DNA of 64,000 nucleotides from a bacterium (GTDB lineage: Bacteria; Oederibacteriota; CAKKQC01), in the NCBI GenBank assembly GCA_919901855.1, contig CAKKQC010000002.1:40296-104295 (forward strand), read 5' to 3'. How positions within the stretch are numbered: position 1 is the stretch's first letter; each line of letters begins with the position of its first letter. The translations under genes were made by a program, and so were the position numbers. The notes beneath the pieces are model-generated. The model was not told where the DNA came from. It saw only the letters and a program-made list of their open reading frames with translations, and did no database searches. Below are positions 34,646-44,504 of this stretch, piece by piece.

Positions 34646-36001
34646 ATGTCGACGCCACTGCCTGCCCGCCCGAATCTCGAACACCTTCGCAACGAAGCCC
34701 ACGCGATGCTCAAAGCCCACACGTCCGGCGACCGGTCGGTCTGCGCCGTCCTCAAGGGCCTGCGCCGGTTCTCGGGGGAAACTGACGACGCGATCATGCG
34801 CGCCGAGGTGGGCCTACAGGAGGTCCAGCTTGCCCTCGCAATCAAGTACGGGTTCAAGGATTGGGCCGAGCTCAAGGCTCGGGTGGAAGGGACCGTCCCG
34901 CCCAGTGGAATTCCGCCCCGGTTCGGGGATGTCGAGGAACTGGCCGGCCTGGGGAACTCGCCCCTGCAGAGGTTGTTCATGGATCTCGACGACCTGGACC
35001 AGGCACTGGTCGCCTCGACGGGGTCGTCGCATCTTCGCCAGCGCCTGTTCGACAACATGACGGTGCGGCACCGCGAACGGCTGGAACGGCTTCCCGAAGT
35101 CCGGACGGCCGGCGCCGCGAGGATCGCGGAAGCCCGGAGCCGGGCGCTCTGGGTCGCGAACAAGCTCTCGGAACTGGGTCTGGTGCCCCTGGAGCCGCCG
35201 GCCGCCGGCGATGCCGCGGTGTCGGCGCGGACCTCCGACGCGCTCAGGAAGCTGGAGGAGTGTCTGAGGTCCGGACCGTCGTCCCGCTGGTCCGCGGCGC
35301 AGCTGGCCGGGTTTTTCGGGGCCGCCGCGGGGGCCTGGATGGAGCCGATGACGCTCGCGCCCCTGGTGCCGCGGCTCGATGATCCGTTCCTGCGCGACGG
35401 CATCGAGCTCTTCGTCGACGGTTGGGCCCCCGACTACGTCCGGTCGGTCATGACCGAGCGCAAGCGAACCCTGCTGGCCGAACACGAGCGCCGGTGCGAT
35501 ATCGGCACCACGGCCCTTGTCTCCATCGGCTGGGCGGAGCATCCCAAGGTGCTCGAGGAGCGGTGCCGGGCCCTGCTCGGACCGGACGCGGCCCCGGGCC
35601 ATCCGGTGGCCGGAGAGGGGAAGAGCCGGATCGAGGAACTCGAGGTCCTGCTGGCCGCGAAGCCGGCGAGCGCCTGGACACCGCTCGAGCTGATCGAGGT
35701 CATGAAGACCGCGCTCGGCGTGGCCCGGGCCGGGGGCCTGTTGGCCCTCGACGGCATCCCGGACCGGCTGGACGACCCGTTCCTGAAGGCGCCCATGCAG
35801 CTGCTCGTGGACGGCTGTGACGTCGAGCTCGTCCGGTCGATTCTCCTCGATCGCAAGCGCACGCTGCTCGGCGATCAGGAGCGACGGCTCGACATGGTGG
35901 TCACGGCGCTCTGCGGGATGGCGGCGGGGGACAGCCCGCGCGTGATCGAGGCGAAGTGCCGGGCGTTCCTCCCGGCCGAGTCGGGTCCAGGCTCCGTCTG
36001 A
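34646..36001 (+). CDS. Hypothetical protein: conserved helical N-terminal module plus two ~75-aa C-terminal repeats
   Basis: ATG 34646 with strong RBS gaggaggag. N-terminal PNLEHLRNEAHAMLKA...ALAIKYGFKDWAELKARVE module. Tandem repeats LDDPFL..G.EL.VDG.....VRS.....KRTLL...ERR.D...TAL at about aa 250-320 and 370-440. Confidence 0.6.
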   Translation: MSTPLPARPNLEHLRNEAHAMLKAHTSGDRSVCAVLKGLRRFSGETDDAIMRAEVGLQEVQLALAIKYGFKDWAELKARVEGTVPPSGIPPRFGDVEELAGLGNSPLQRLFMDLDDLDQALVASTGSSHLRQRLFDNMTVRHRERLERLPEVRTAGAARIAEARSRALWVANKLSELGLVPLEPPAAGDAAVSARTSDALRKLEECLRSGPSSRWSAAQLAGFFGAAAGAWMEPMTLAPLVPRLDDPFLRDGIELFVDGWAPDYVRSVMTERKRTLLAEHERRCDIGTTALVSIGWAEHPKVLEERCRALLGPDAAPGHPVAGEGKSRIEELEVLLAAKPASAWTPLELIEVMKTALGVARAGGLLALDGIPDRLDDPFLKAPMQLLVDGCDVELVRSILLDRKRTLLGDQERRLDMVVTALCGMAAGDSPRVIEAKCRAFLPAESGPGSV

Positions 36002-36017
36002 CGCCGGCGATCCGCCG

Positions 36018-36242
36018 TCAGAGGAGTTGGCGGAACTCCTCAATACTCAGCCCGGCATCCTTGATGATCCTGCGCAGGGTGCCGGGCTTGAGGTCACGAC
36101 GGTGCGTCGGGACCGAGACCGGATTCGGATGACCGGACCGATAGAGGATCGCATGGCTTCCGGTGTGATGATCAACATCGAAGCCGGCTCGCCTGAGCGC
36201 CGCGATTGCCTCGTGAGGCCGGCAAACCGGAAGTTTCGGCAC
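36018..36242 (-). CDS. hicA: HicA toxin (mRNA interferase, YcfA-like)
   Basis: 74 aa. LRRAGF...GSHAILYRSGHP...RDLKPGTLRRIIKDAGLS (HicA fold). Confidence 0.85.
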   Translation of the reverse strand: MPKLPVCRPHEAIAALRRAGFDVDHHTGSHAILYRSGHPNPVSVPTHRRDLKPGTLRRIIKDAGLSIEEFRQLL

Positions 36243-36245
36243 GGT

Positions 36246-36458
36246 TCAGACGCGGAGGGCCAGGGCTTTCCCGTGCTTCTTGCGGGCGATGTCGAGTGAA
36301 TGCTTGTTGGCGACCAGCAGGTAGCCCTCAAGGGCGTCGAGGATGTTCCGCTTCGCCTCATCCAAGGTATCGCCTTCGGAGATGCAGCCGGGCAGTGCCG
36401 GAATGTAGGCGGTATACCCGCCGTCCGCCTGGGGCTCGAAGACGGCGTTGATCTTCAT
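36246..36458 (-). CDS. hicB: HicB antitoxin (UPF0150)
   Basis: 70 aa. EPQADGGYTAYIPALPGCISEGDTLDEAKRNILDALEGYL. Four nt upstream of hicA. Confidence 0.85.
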   Translation of the reverse strand: MKINAVFEPQADGGYTAYIPALPGCISEGDTLDEAKRNILDALEGYLLVANKHSLDIARKKHGKALALRV

Positions 36459-36478
36459 GCTTCTAGGATACCATCCGG

Positions 36479-37018
36479 TCAGTACCCGCTGAGTTTGACC
36501 GGAACCAGCTTGCCGCCCTTGCGGGCGAGCTCGCCGAGGTTGCTCTCGATCCAGGTGGCGACCGCGACCTCGATCGCGCGGTCGGGGCCGTCGCGGACCA
36601 CGACGCGCTCGATCCCGGCGTTAATGATCATGCGCTTGCACAGCCGGCAGCACATGGCGCCGTCGATCGGCTCCTTCGTCTTCGCGTCGATGCCGGCGAC
36701 GTAGATCGTGCCGCCCATCATGTCGAACCGGGCGGCGTGGATGATCGCGTTCTGCTCGGCGTGGACGCCGCGGCAGAGCTCGTAGCGCTCGCCGCGCGGG
36801 ATCCCCATCGCCTCGCGGTAGCAGACGCCGAGGTCGAGGCAGTTCACGGTGCCGCGCGGCGCCCCGTTGTACCCGGTGGCGATGATCTGGTCGTTGTTGA
36901 CGATGACGGCCCCGAAGTTGCGTCGCAGGCACGTGCTCCGCGCCGCGACCTCGCGGGCGAGGTTGAGGTAGTAGTCGGTCTTGGAAACTCTGCGGCTGGG
37001 GGCTTTGGACTTCTTCAT
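36479..37018 (-). CDS. dCMP/cytidine deaminase family protein (ComEB-like)
   Basis: HAEQNAI zinc-binding motif plus CCRLCKRMI (PCxxC equivalent). 179 aa. Confidence 0.85.
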   Translation of the reverse strand: MKKSKAPSRRVSKTDYYLNLAREVAARSTCLRRNFGAVIVNNDQIIATGYNGAPRGTVNCLDLGVCYREAMGIPRGERYELCRGVHAEQNAIIHAARFDMMGGTIYVAGIDAKTKEPIDGAMCCRLCKRMIINAGIERVVVRDGPDRAIEVAVATWIESNLGELARKGGKLVPVKLSGY

Positions 37019-37545
37019 CCGTGCCTATTGAACCACGCGCGGTGGCCGAAAGGTTTCTTCTCCGGCCGGCGCACCTTCTCCGCGGGGACGCCGATGGGAA
37101 GCATGACCCGCACTGTCCGGTTCCGGGGCACGCGGAGCAGCCGGTTGAGCCTCGAAGCCCGGCCGCGCTCGCGCAGGTATCCGTCGATCCAGACCGAGCC
37201 GTACCCGAGCGCCGTGATCGCCAGGAGCATGTTCTCGATGGCGGCGGCGCAGTCCTCGACCTCGAAGGAGTCCCGGCCATGGAACGTCGGCGGCGCCTTC
37301 TTGTGCACGACGCACGCGATTATCGCGTGGGCCTGCCGGATCGCGGTCATGGGGTGGAGGGTCCGGATGACGGCCATCTTCCGGGGGTCGTCCACGATGA
37401 CGAAGGTCGTGGTCTGGGCGTTGCACCCGGACGGGGCCTTGAGCCCCGCCGCGACGATCCGGCGGAGGGCCGAACGGGGGACCCGGGCCTTGGTGTAGGC
37501 GCCACGGTAGCTATGACGCTTCTCGATCGCGGTAAAGAGGTTCAT
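37015..37545 (-). CDS. Nitroreductase family protein
   Basis: ATG 37545 (MNLFTAIEKRHSYRGAY), PSGCNAQ motif. ATGA overlap with the deaminase start. Confidence 0.8.
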   Translation of the reverse strand: MNLFTAIEKRHSYRGAYTKARVPRSALRRIVAAGLKAPSGCNAQTTTFVIVDDPRKMAVIRTLHPMTAIRQAHAIIACVVHKKAPPTFHGRDSFEVEDCAAAIENMLLAITALGYGSVWIDGYLRERGRASRLNRLLRVPRNRTVRVMLPIGVPAEKVRRPEKKPFGHRAWFNRHG

Positions 37546-37600
37546 GGTGCCCCATAGGTTGCCGGTTTTCGTTGCCCTTTGCAAGGGGCCACGGGAAGGT

Positions 37601-37629
37601 TTGACTCACGCACTCCCGGGGCGATACAA
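37601..37629 (+). promoter_or_regulatory. Candidate sigma70-type promoter for the GH4 gene
   Basis: TTGACT (37601-06), 17-nt spacer, ATACAA (37624-29). Lies in a divergent intergenic region with the nitroreductase. RBS aaaggacgg before ATG 37665. Confidence 0.3.
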
Positions 37630-37664
37630 CAACGTGACTCCACTTTCGAAAGGACGGTACCTCC

Positions 37665-38993
37665 ATGGCGCGGATCACGTTCATCGGTGCAGGCAGTCTC
37701 GGGTTCACGCGGGGCCTCGTGCGCGACATCCTCACCTTCCCGTCCCTCCGGGACGCGACGCTCGTCCTCATGGACGTGAACGCCGAGCGGCTGGGCTGGG
37801 TCGAGAAGGCCGTCCGCCGCATCGTGGCCGAGGGCCGGTACCCGGCCACGGTCGAGGTGACGACCGATCGCAAGAAGGCGCTCAAGGGCGCGGACGCGGT
37901 GCTGTGCACCATCCTGGCCGGCAACGTCGACATCTGGAAGTGGGACGTCCTGATCCCGAACAAGTACGGGGTCTCGACGAACGTGGGAGACACCCGCGGT
38001 CCTTCGGGCATCTTCCGCGCCCTGCGGACGATCCCGGTCATGGTCTCCATCTGCCGGGACATGGAGAAGCTCTGCCCGAACGCGATCCTGCTCAACTACA
38101 CGAATCCGATGGCCATGCTCTGCCGCGCCATGCAGAAGACCTCGCCGATCCAGGTCTCGGGGCTCTGCCACTCGGTGCAGGGTACGGCCATGATGCTCGC
38201 GCACTGGGCCCGCGTGCCGTACGAGGAGGTCCACTACGTCTCCGCCGGCATCAACCACATGTCCTGGTACGTCAAGTTCGAGCACCGGGGCCGCGACCTC
38301 TACCCGGACCTCCGCAAGCGCGTGCTCACCGACAGACAAGTCCGCAACGAGGAGCAGGTCCGCAACGAGATGTTCCTCCAGCTCGGGTACTACGTCACCG
38401 AGTCGAGCGGCCACAACTCCGAGTACAACCCCTGGTTCCGGAAGCGGAAGGACCTGATCAAGAAGTACTGCACGACCGGAACCGGCTGGAACCCCGGCCA
38501 CGAGAGCTACATCCTCCAGGAATACGAGCGGGCGAAGCGGCACTGGCGCAAGTGGATCAAGGCGTCGCTTGCGGACCCCAAGCCCCTGGACCTCAAGCGC
38601 GGCCACGAGTACGCGGCGTCGATCATCAACGCGCGGTTGGGTGGCGACATGTTCGAGTTCAACGGCAACGTGCCGAACAAGCATTACATCGACAACCTGC
38701 CGTACGACGCCTGCGTCGAGATCCCGGTCATCGCCAGCACCAAGGGCTTCAACGCGGTCCGGGTCGGGAGCCTCCCGCCCCAGTGCGCGGCGCTGAACAA
38801 CCTCACGATCGCGGTCGAGGAGATGGCCGTCGAGGGCGCGCTCACGGGGAACGCGGAGATGGTGTACCACGCCTGCGCGTACGACCCCCTGTCGTCCGCC
38901 GTGCTCTCGCTCGCCGAGATCCGGTCGATGGTGAAGGAGATGTTCGCCAAGAGCCGGGCGTACCTCCCGCAGTTCAGGCGGACGTCGTTGTAG
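37665..38993 (+). CDS. Glycoside hydrolase family 4 (NAD+/Mn2+-dependent alpha-glucosidase/galactosidase-type)
   Basis: ITFIGAGS (NAD-binding) start, [15 protein letters not shown] (GH4 Cys-His motif). 442 aa. Confidence 0.9.
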   Translation: MARITFIGAGSLGFTRGLVRDILTFPSLRDATLVLMDVNAERLGWVEKAVRRIVAEGRYPATVEVTTDRKKALKGADAVLCTILAGNVDIWKWDVLIPNKYGVSTNVGDTRGPSGIFRALRTIPVMVSICRDMEKLCPNAILLNYTNPMAMLCRAMQKTSPIQVSGLCHSVQGTAMMLAHWARVPYEEVHYVSAGINHMSWYVKFEHRGRDLYPDLRKRVLTDRQVRNEEQVRNEMFLQLGYYVTESSGHNSEYNPWFRKRKDLIKKYCTTGTGWNPGHESYILQEYERAKRHWRKWIKASLADPKPLDLKRGHEYAASIINARLGGDMFEFNGNVPNKHYIDNLPYDACVEIPVIASTKGFNAVRVGSLPPQCAALNNLTIAVEEMAVEGALTGNAEMVYHACAYDPLSSAVLSLAEIRSMVKEMFAKSRAYLPQFRRTSL

Positions 38994-39015
38994 GTGGGGC
39001 TTCGCCGGCCGTCCC

Positions 39016-39043
39016 CGGGGTTTCGGCGGACGCCGAAACCCCG
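39016..39043. repeat. Palindromic repeat element copy (CGGGGTTTCGGCG-ga-CGCCGAAACCCCG)
   Basis: Perfect 13-bp inverted arms with 2-nt spacer. Intergenic, between GH4 and the amidohydrolase. Member of a 4-copy family (20772, 54566, 54743). Confidence 0.85.
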
Positions 39044-39100
39044 CACGTCAGGCTGTAGCGGATCCGGGTCGATCGTGAGGACGGCCGCGGGAGGCGCGTC

Positions 39101-39859
39101 GTGATCATCGACGCGCACGCGCACCTGGGGCTCGACGAGGTATTCGACGAGGACTTCACCGAGGCCGACCTGCTCGAATCGCAGGCGCGCAACGGGATCG
39201 ACCTCACGCTCGTCCAGCCCGCGATCACGCACGAGCTCGGGACCGTGCGGCGGTACCACGACGCGATCGCGGACCTGGCGGCGCGCCACCCGGGCCGGTT
39301 CCGCGGGATCGCGAACCCGAACCCGCACCTGGGCGGCGGTGCTTGGGAGGCCGAGGTCCGGCGGTGCCTGACCGAGCTGGGGTTCGTGGGGGTGAAGCTC
39401 CACCCCGCCGCGCACGCGGTGAACCCGGCCGGCCGCGCGGGGCGGAGGGTCTTCGACCTGTGCGCGGCCCTCCAGGTGCCCGTCATCGTCCACACCGGCA
39501 CGGGCATTCCATGGTCGGCGCCCTCGCTCCTGGCGCCGGCGGCGAAGGCGAATCCGGGCCTCCCGATCGTGGTGGCGCATGCGGGGATGATGGTGCTCGC
39601 GGGCGAGGCCGCCCGGCTGGCGTCCGATTTCCCGAATGTCTACCTCGAGGTGAGCTGGACCGGCGGTTTCGCGGTGCGGAGGTGGGCGCGCAAGCACGGC
39701 GCCCGGCGGCTCCTGTTCGGGTCCGACTACCCGGACAACGCGGCGACCGAGCTGGCCAAGGTCCGGACGGCGGGACTGACGGACGAGGAGATTGAATGGA
39801 TCCTGGGCGGGACCGCGGCTTCCGTGTTCGGGGTCGGGCCGGGGAGAGGCAGTCCATGA
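39101..39859 (+). CDS. Amidohydrolase-2 family metal-dependent hydrolase
   Basis: GTG 39101. VIIDAHAHLG, HPA...VHTGTG, HAG (metal-binding His pattern of amidohydrolase_2). Confidence 0.75.
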   Translation: MIIDAHAHLGLDEVFDEDFTEADLLESQARNGIDLTLVQPAITHELGTVRRYHDAIADLAARHPGRFRGIANPNPHLGGGAWEAEVRRCLTELGFVGVKLHPAAHAVNPAGRAGRRVFDLCAALQVPVIVHTGTGIPWSAPSLLAPAAKANPGLPIVVAHAGMMVLAGEAARLASDFPNVYLEVSWTGGFAVRRWARKHGARRLLFGSDYPDNAATELAKVRTAGLTDEEIEWILGGTAASVFGVGPGRGSP

Positions 39860-39882
39860 CGGAGTGTCATGGCGGGGAAGTA

Positions 39883-41448
39883 ATGGATTGGTGGAGGGTA
39901 GCGGGCCGGGCGGCGGCCCTGATCGCGGTGGGATTCGTGATGGCGGGAGGAGGCATGAGCATGACGACCTGGCACGTGGACGCGGTCAAGGGGAACGACA
40001 CGAACGACGGACGGACGCCCGCGACGGCATGGAAGACCACCGGCCGGGCGGCGAAGGGTCCGTTCGCGGCGGGTGACCGGCTGGTCTTCGCCGGCGGCCA
40101 GGTCTTTGCGGGCACCCTCACGCTCAAGGGAAGCGCCGGCGGCGCCCCCGACCGGCTCACGATCTCCTCATATGGAGAGGGGCGCGCGACGATCGACGGC
40201 GGCACGGGTGACGGCCTCGTCGCCGAGGGGCTCCAGGGGCTTCACGTCGAGCGGCTGATCGTCGTCGGCGCCGGCCGGCTGGCGGGCAACCGGGGCGGCC
40301 GCGGCGTCGCGCTGGTCAAGTGCCGGGACGCCGTCGTGGACGAGGTCGAGGCTTGTCGGTTCCAGAAGGCCGGGATCGTGACCTGGGACAGCGCGAACGT
40401 CCGGATCACCCGGTGCCACGCCCACGACAACGGGTTCGTCGGGATCTGGATGTGGGGGACGGCCAAGGGCTACGTCGGGCATTGCCGCTCGATCAACAAT
40501 CCCGGGGACCCCACGATCCGGGACAACCATAGCGGCAACGGGATCCTGCTGAGTGGGTGCACGGACGCCACGGTCGAGCGGTGCGAGTCCGCGGGCAACG
40601 GCTGGGACCAGCCCCGGGGCGGTCAGGGGAACGGCCCGGTCGGGATCTGGTGCCACGACTCGGAGCGGGTCACGATTCAGTATTGCATCGCCCACCACAA
40701 CAAGAGCACGTCCGGCGACGGCGGGGGATTCGACTTCGACGGCGGCACCCGCGACTCCGTGCTCCAGTACAACTACTCGTACGAGAACCACTCCAGCGGG
40801 TTTCTGATCTGGGAGTACGGGTCGAAGTACCCGATCAGGCACAACACGATCCGGCACAACGTCTCGGTCAACGACCGCGAGGGCGGCATCCGGATGGGCA
40901 AGAGCGGCGGCGCGGACATCACCGGGCTCTTCATCCATCACAACACGGTCATCAACGCCCACGACCCGTGCGTCGCGCTCCAGGGCGCGTACATCGACGG
41001 CAAATGGCTCGCGGACGGCGGCCTCGACGGCGTCTTCATCCGGAACAACATCCTCATCGGCCCCAAGAGCGGCGAGATCGTGAAGGGCCAGGGGGGCGCC
41101 CGGTTCGAGGGCAACCTGTACTGGTCCCAGGGCGGCACGTTCAAGATCGCGGGCCATTCAAGCCTCGAGGCCTGGGCCCAGGCGACCGGGCAGGAGACCG
41201 TGGGCGGCAAGGTCGCCGGGCTCTTCGCCGACCCGAAGCTGGCCGACTTCCGGCTCGTCCCCCAGCTCACCGATCCCGACCGGCTGGGCGACCTTATCGC
41301 GTTCATGCTGACCGCGGACTCCCCGGCGATCGACCGCGGGCTCGATCTCAAGAAGCTCTTCGGCCTCGACGCGGGCGGCAAGGATTTCTTCGGCCATCCC
41401 GCGCCGCGCGGCGCCGCGCCGGACCTCGGGGCTCACGAGTTGCGCTAG
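39883..41448 (+). CDS. Secreted right-handed parallel beta-helix (pectate-lyase-fold) protein
   Basis: Signal-anchor MDWWRVAGRAAALIAVGFVMAGGG. Repeated G..N-type beta-helix rungs (NHSGNGILLSGCTDATVERC, NNILIGP). 521 aa. Confidence 0.7.
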   Translation: MDWWRVAGRAAALIAVGFVMAGGGMSMTTWHVDAVKGNDTNDGRTPATAWKTTGRAAKGPFAAGDRLVFAGGQVFAGTLTLKGSAGGAPDRLTISSYGEGRATIDGGTGDGLVAEGLQGLHVERLIVVGAGRLAGNRGGRGVALVKCRDAVVDEVEACRFQKAGIVTWDSANVRITRCHAHDNGFVGIWMWGTAKGYVGHCRSINNPGDPTIRDNHSGNGILLSGCTDATVERCESAGNGWDQPRGGQGNGPVGIWCHDSERVTIQYCIAHHNKSTSGDGGGFDFDGGTRDSVLQYNYSYENHSSGFLIWEYGSKYPIRHNTIRHNVSVNDREGGIRMGKSGGADITGLFIHHNTVINAHDPCVALQGAYIDGKWLADGGLDGVFIRNNILIGPKSGEIVKGQGGARFEGNLYWSQGGTFKIAGHSSLEAWAQATGQETVGGKVAGLFADPKLADFRLVPQLTDPDRLGDLIAFMLTADSPAIDRGLDLKKLFGLDAGGKDFFGHPAPRGAAPDLGAHELR

Positions 41449-41509
41449 GCCCGCACGCCCGCCCCGAACCCGGTATATTGCAGGGCAGCACACGGCGGGG
41501 AGGGACGAC

Positions 41510-42082
41510 ATGGCGACGGAACGCGAGAAGCTCGGCTCGTATGGCAAGTCGCTGGAGGATGCCTTCTTCCTCCAGCAGGATTCGGCCCTGATCCAGCGGC
41601 ATCGGGAGGACCTTCGCAGGCAGCGATCGGCGAAGGAGCTGTCGGACGCGTCGGGGATCACGAACGCGGCCGTGCTGGCGAAGCTGGTGGAGATGGGCAT
41701 CACGGCCGAGCTGGCCACGTCGCTCTCGATCATCCCGCTGGTGGAGGTCGCGTGGGCCGACGGGAACGTGGACGAGAAGGAGAAGGCGGCCGTGCTCGCC
41801 GGGGCGGCCAAGTGCGGGCTGGCCAAGGGGCGCCTGGACTACGAGATGCTGGAGTCGTGGCTTTCCCGCCGGCCCCCGGCCGCCCTGCTGGAAGCGTGGG
41901 CCCACTACGTCAAAGGACTGTGTGAGCTGTTGGGCGACGGCGAACGCGCCGGCCTGAGGAAGGACCTCCTGCAACGGGCGAGGACGGTCGCGGAGGCGAG
42001 CGGCGGATTCCTGGGCCTCACGTCGGGCATCTCGGAGTCCGAGAAGAAGGTCCTGGCGTCCCTGGAGTCGTCCTTCTGCTGA
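41510..42082 (+). CDS. Hypothetical protein (TerB/DjlA-N-like helical domain)
   Basis: 190 aa. Acidic, helical. AWADGNVDEKEKAAV pattern resembles TerB-like tellurite-resistance/co-chaperone N-domains. Weak. Confidence 0.45.
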   Translation: MATEREKLGSYGKSLEDAFFLQQDSALIQRHREDLRRQRSAKELSDASGITNAAVLAKLVEMGITAELATSLSIIPLVEVAWADGNVDEKEKAAVLAGAAKCGLAKGRLDYEMLESWLSRRPPAALLEAWAHYVKGLCELLGDGERAGLRKDLLQRARTVAEASGGFLGLTSGISESEKKVLASLESSFC

Positions 42083-42108
42083 TCCCGGCGTCCCGGTAGA
42101 GACCGACC

Positions 42109-43023
42109 ATGATGCCCCGGCTCGCGGTCTTCCCGAAGGGGTTCTTCACGGATCTCGTCGAGCACCGGATGACCCTGACCCGGTGGCTGGACATCGCCGC
42201 CGGGCTGGGCGTGGACGGGGTCGAGATGTACCCGAAGTTCCTATTCTCGCTCAATGGCGGGCCGCTGCGAGCCGTCCGCGGCGAAGCAGCGGCACGGGGG
42301 CTCGCGATTCCGATGATGTGCCACTCGCCGGACTTCACGATTCCCGACGCTGCGGGCCGCGCGGCCGAGGTGGCGCGGACGGAGGAGGTCATCGCCGCGA
42401 CCGCGGACCTCGGCGGCACGTTCTGCCGCGTGCTCTCGGGCCAGAACCGGCCCAGGCTCGATGCCGTCAAGGCGCTGGGCTGGGTCATGGCCTCGATCGA
42501 GGCCCTCCTCCCGGTGGCCGCCCGGCACGGGGTCACCCTCGTGATCGAGAACCACTACAAGGACGGGCTCTGGGAGTACCCGGAGTTCGCCCAGAGCCGG
42601 GACCGGTTCCTGGCCATCCTCAAGGCGGTGCCCGAGCTCAAGGTCCAGTACGATCCCTCGAACGCCGTGGTCGCGGGCGAGGACCCGTATGCCCTCCTGG
42701 ATGAGGTCCTGCCGCGCGTCGCGACCATGCACGCGTCCGACCGGTACCTGGAGGGCGGGACCGTCGCCGATCTTCGTGCCCAGGCCGCGGACCCCGTCCA
42801 CGGGTACGCTAGAATCCTCAAGCACGGCGTGATCGGCCGCGGGTTCAACGACTACGACCGGATCTTCCAGGCGCTGGCCGGGGCCGGATTCGCGGGCTGG
42901 GTCTCGATCGAGGACGGGGAAGCCCCGACGGAGGAGGAAGGCGTGGCGAATCTCAAGACGAGTGCGGTGTTCCTGCGCGCCAGGCTCGCGGCGCACTTCG
43001 GCGCGTCCGGGGGGGCGGCATGA
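42109..43023 (+). CDS. Sugar phosphate isomerase/epimerase (xylose-isomerase-like TIM barrel; UlaE-like)
   Basis: GVDGVEM...TLVIENHY...GWVSIE are typical AP_endonuc_2 TIM-barrel motifs. Confidence 0.8.
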   Translation: MMPRLAVFPKGFFTDLVEHRMTLTRWLDIAAGLGVDGVEMYPKFLFSLNGGPLRAVRGEAAARGLAIPMMCHSPDFTIPDAAGRAAEVARTEEVIAATADLGGTFCRVLSGQNRPRLDAVKALGWVMASIEALLPVAARHGVTLVIENHYKDGLWEYPEFAQSRDRFLAILKAVPELKVQYDPSNAVVAGEDPYALLDEVLPRVATMHASDRYLEGGTVADLRAQAADPVHGYARILKHGVIGRGFNDYDRIFQALAGAGFAGWVSIEDGEAPTEEEGVANLKTSAVFLRARLAAHFGASGGAA

Positions 43024-43814
43024 GCGCCAAGGGCCGGCTCGCGGGCAAGCGGGCGCTGGTCACGGGCTCCACGCAGGGGCTCGGCGCCGGGATTGCGCGA
43101 CGGTTCGTAGCCGAGGGCGCGCGGGTCGTCGTCACGGGCCGGAACCGGGATCGCGGGAAGGCGATGGCCAAGCGCATCGGCCGCGGGACGGTCTTCATCC
43201 CGGCCGACCTCGTGAATCCCGAAGAAGTGCGGCGGCTCGCCACGGAGGCGCTGAAGGCGCTCGGCGGGCTGGACATCCTCGTGAACAGCGCGGCCATGCC
43301 CGAGCGGTCGAATCTCGACACGTTCACGGCCGACCAGTTCGACCGGCTCTTCCACTGCGACGTCCTCGCGCCCCTGCTCCTGGCGCAGGCGGCCCGGAAG
43401 GCGCTGGCCGCGCGGACGGGGACGATCATCAACATCGGGAGCGTGAACGCCTACGTGGGCGACGGCAACCTCCTCGTCTACTCCGCCACCAAGGGCGCGC
43501 TCATGACCGCGACCCGGAACCTGGCGGCCCAGCTCCAGTACGACCGGATCCGGGTGCACGTCCTCAACTGCGGGTGGATGGACACCGAGGGCGAGCGCGC
43601 GATCATGTCCGGCGAGGGGCACCCTATCAACTTCCTCGACGAGGCCGGCAAGTTCCGGCCCATGGGCCGGCTCATCACGCCCGCCGACGTCGGGGCCGCC
43701 TGCGTCTGGCTGGCGTCCGACGAGGCGGCCGTGTTTTCGGGAACCGTGATCGACCTCGAACAGCACCCGGTCGGCGGCTGGGGCCGGCGGCGCAGGAAAG
43801 AGGAGAAGAAGTGA
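43020..43814 (+). CDS. SDR-family short-chain dehydrogenase/reductase
   Basis: ALVTGSTQGLGAGIA (TGxxxGxG) and YSATKGAL (YxxxK). ATGA overlap with the previous gene. Confidence 0.85.
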   Translation: MSAKGRLAGKRALVTGSTQGLGAGIARRFVAEGARVVVTGRNRDRGKAMAKRIGRGTVFIPADLVNPEEVRRLATEALKALGGLDILVNSAAMPERSNLDTFTADQFDRLFHCDVLAPLLLAQAARKALAARTGTIINIGSVNAYVGDGNLLVYSATKGALMTATRNLAAQLQYDRIRVHVLNCGWMDTEGERAIMSGEGHPINFLDEAGKFRPMGRLITPADVGAACVWLASDEAAVFSGTVIDLEQHPVGGWGRRRRKEEKK

Positions 43815-44503
43815 ACCTGCTCGACGGCCGCCCGAAGGTCCAGGTCTCGCTCGACCTCACGAATCTCGACGAGGCGCTGGCGACGGCCCGGATCGCGGTT
43901 CGGGCGGGCGTGGACTGGCTCGAGGCCGGGACGCCCCTGATCCTGGCCGAGGGGCTCCACGCGGTGAAGGCGCTCCGGAAGGAGTTCCCGGACCACCCCG
44001 TGGTCGCCGACCTCAAGACCATGGACGCCGGTTTCCTCGAGGCCGAGATGATGTTCAAGGCGGGCGCCGCGTTCGTGGTCGTCATGGCCGTCGCGCACGA
44101 GCGCACGGTCCGCGAGGCCGTGCGGGCGGGCAAGCAGTACTCGGGGCTCGTGATGGCCGATGTCATGCTGCACGCGGACAAGCCGGGCATCGCGAAGAAG
44201 CTGGAGTCGTGGGGCGTAGACGCGATCATCGTCCACACCGGGTACGACGAGCGGCACCACACCCCGGGGCTCTCGCCTCTCGACGACCTGGTCGCGGTGC
44301 GCGCCGCGGTCAAGATCCCGCTCCAGGCCGTGGGCGGGCTCTCGATCGAGCAGGCGGCCGGGATGCCCGGCAGGGGCGCGCCACTGGTCGTCATCGGCGC
44401 CCCGCTCGCGATCGCGGACGCGGAGCTCAAGCCCGGCGCCGACGAGGCCAAGCTCGAGGCCGTGATCCGCGAGTTCGTGACCCGGGTCAAGGCGGGTGGC
44501 TGA
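43811..44503 (+). CDS. 3-hexulose-6-phosphate synthase / 3-keto-L-gulonate-6-phosphate decarboxylase family (OMPDC-like)
   Basis: GTG overlaps the SDR stop. KVQVSLDLTNLDEAL...VADLKTMDAG...DAIIVHTGYDE are KGPDC/HPS signatures. Confidence 0.8.
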   Translation: MNLLDGRPKVQVSLDLTNLDEALATARIAVRAGVDWLEAGTPLILAEGLHAVKALRKEFPDHPVVADLKTMDAGFLEAEMMFKAGAAFVVVMAVAHERTVREAVRAGKQYSGLVMADVMLHADKPGIAKKLESWGVDAIIVHTGYDERHHTPGLSPLDDLVAVRAAVKIPLQAVGGLSIEQAAGMPGRGAPLVVIGAPLAIADAELKPGADEAKLEAVIREFVTRVKAGG

Positions 44504-44504
44504 A

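Noticed and set aside
34399-36043. ORFs 34399..34785, 34567..35403(-), 34569..35060, 34814..36043(-), 34861..35382, 35422..35820
   Set aside because: Overlap the well-supported 34646..36001 gene. 34399 contains the poly-G tract (which creates the Gly run) and has no RBS.
37542-41974. ORFs 37542..38870(-), 37544..39058(+), 38684..39697(-), 39343..39795, 40168..41157(-), 40557..41591, 41158..41826(-), 41348..41974(-)
   Set aside because: Shadows of the GH4, amidohydrolase and beta-helix genes.
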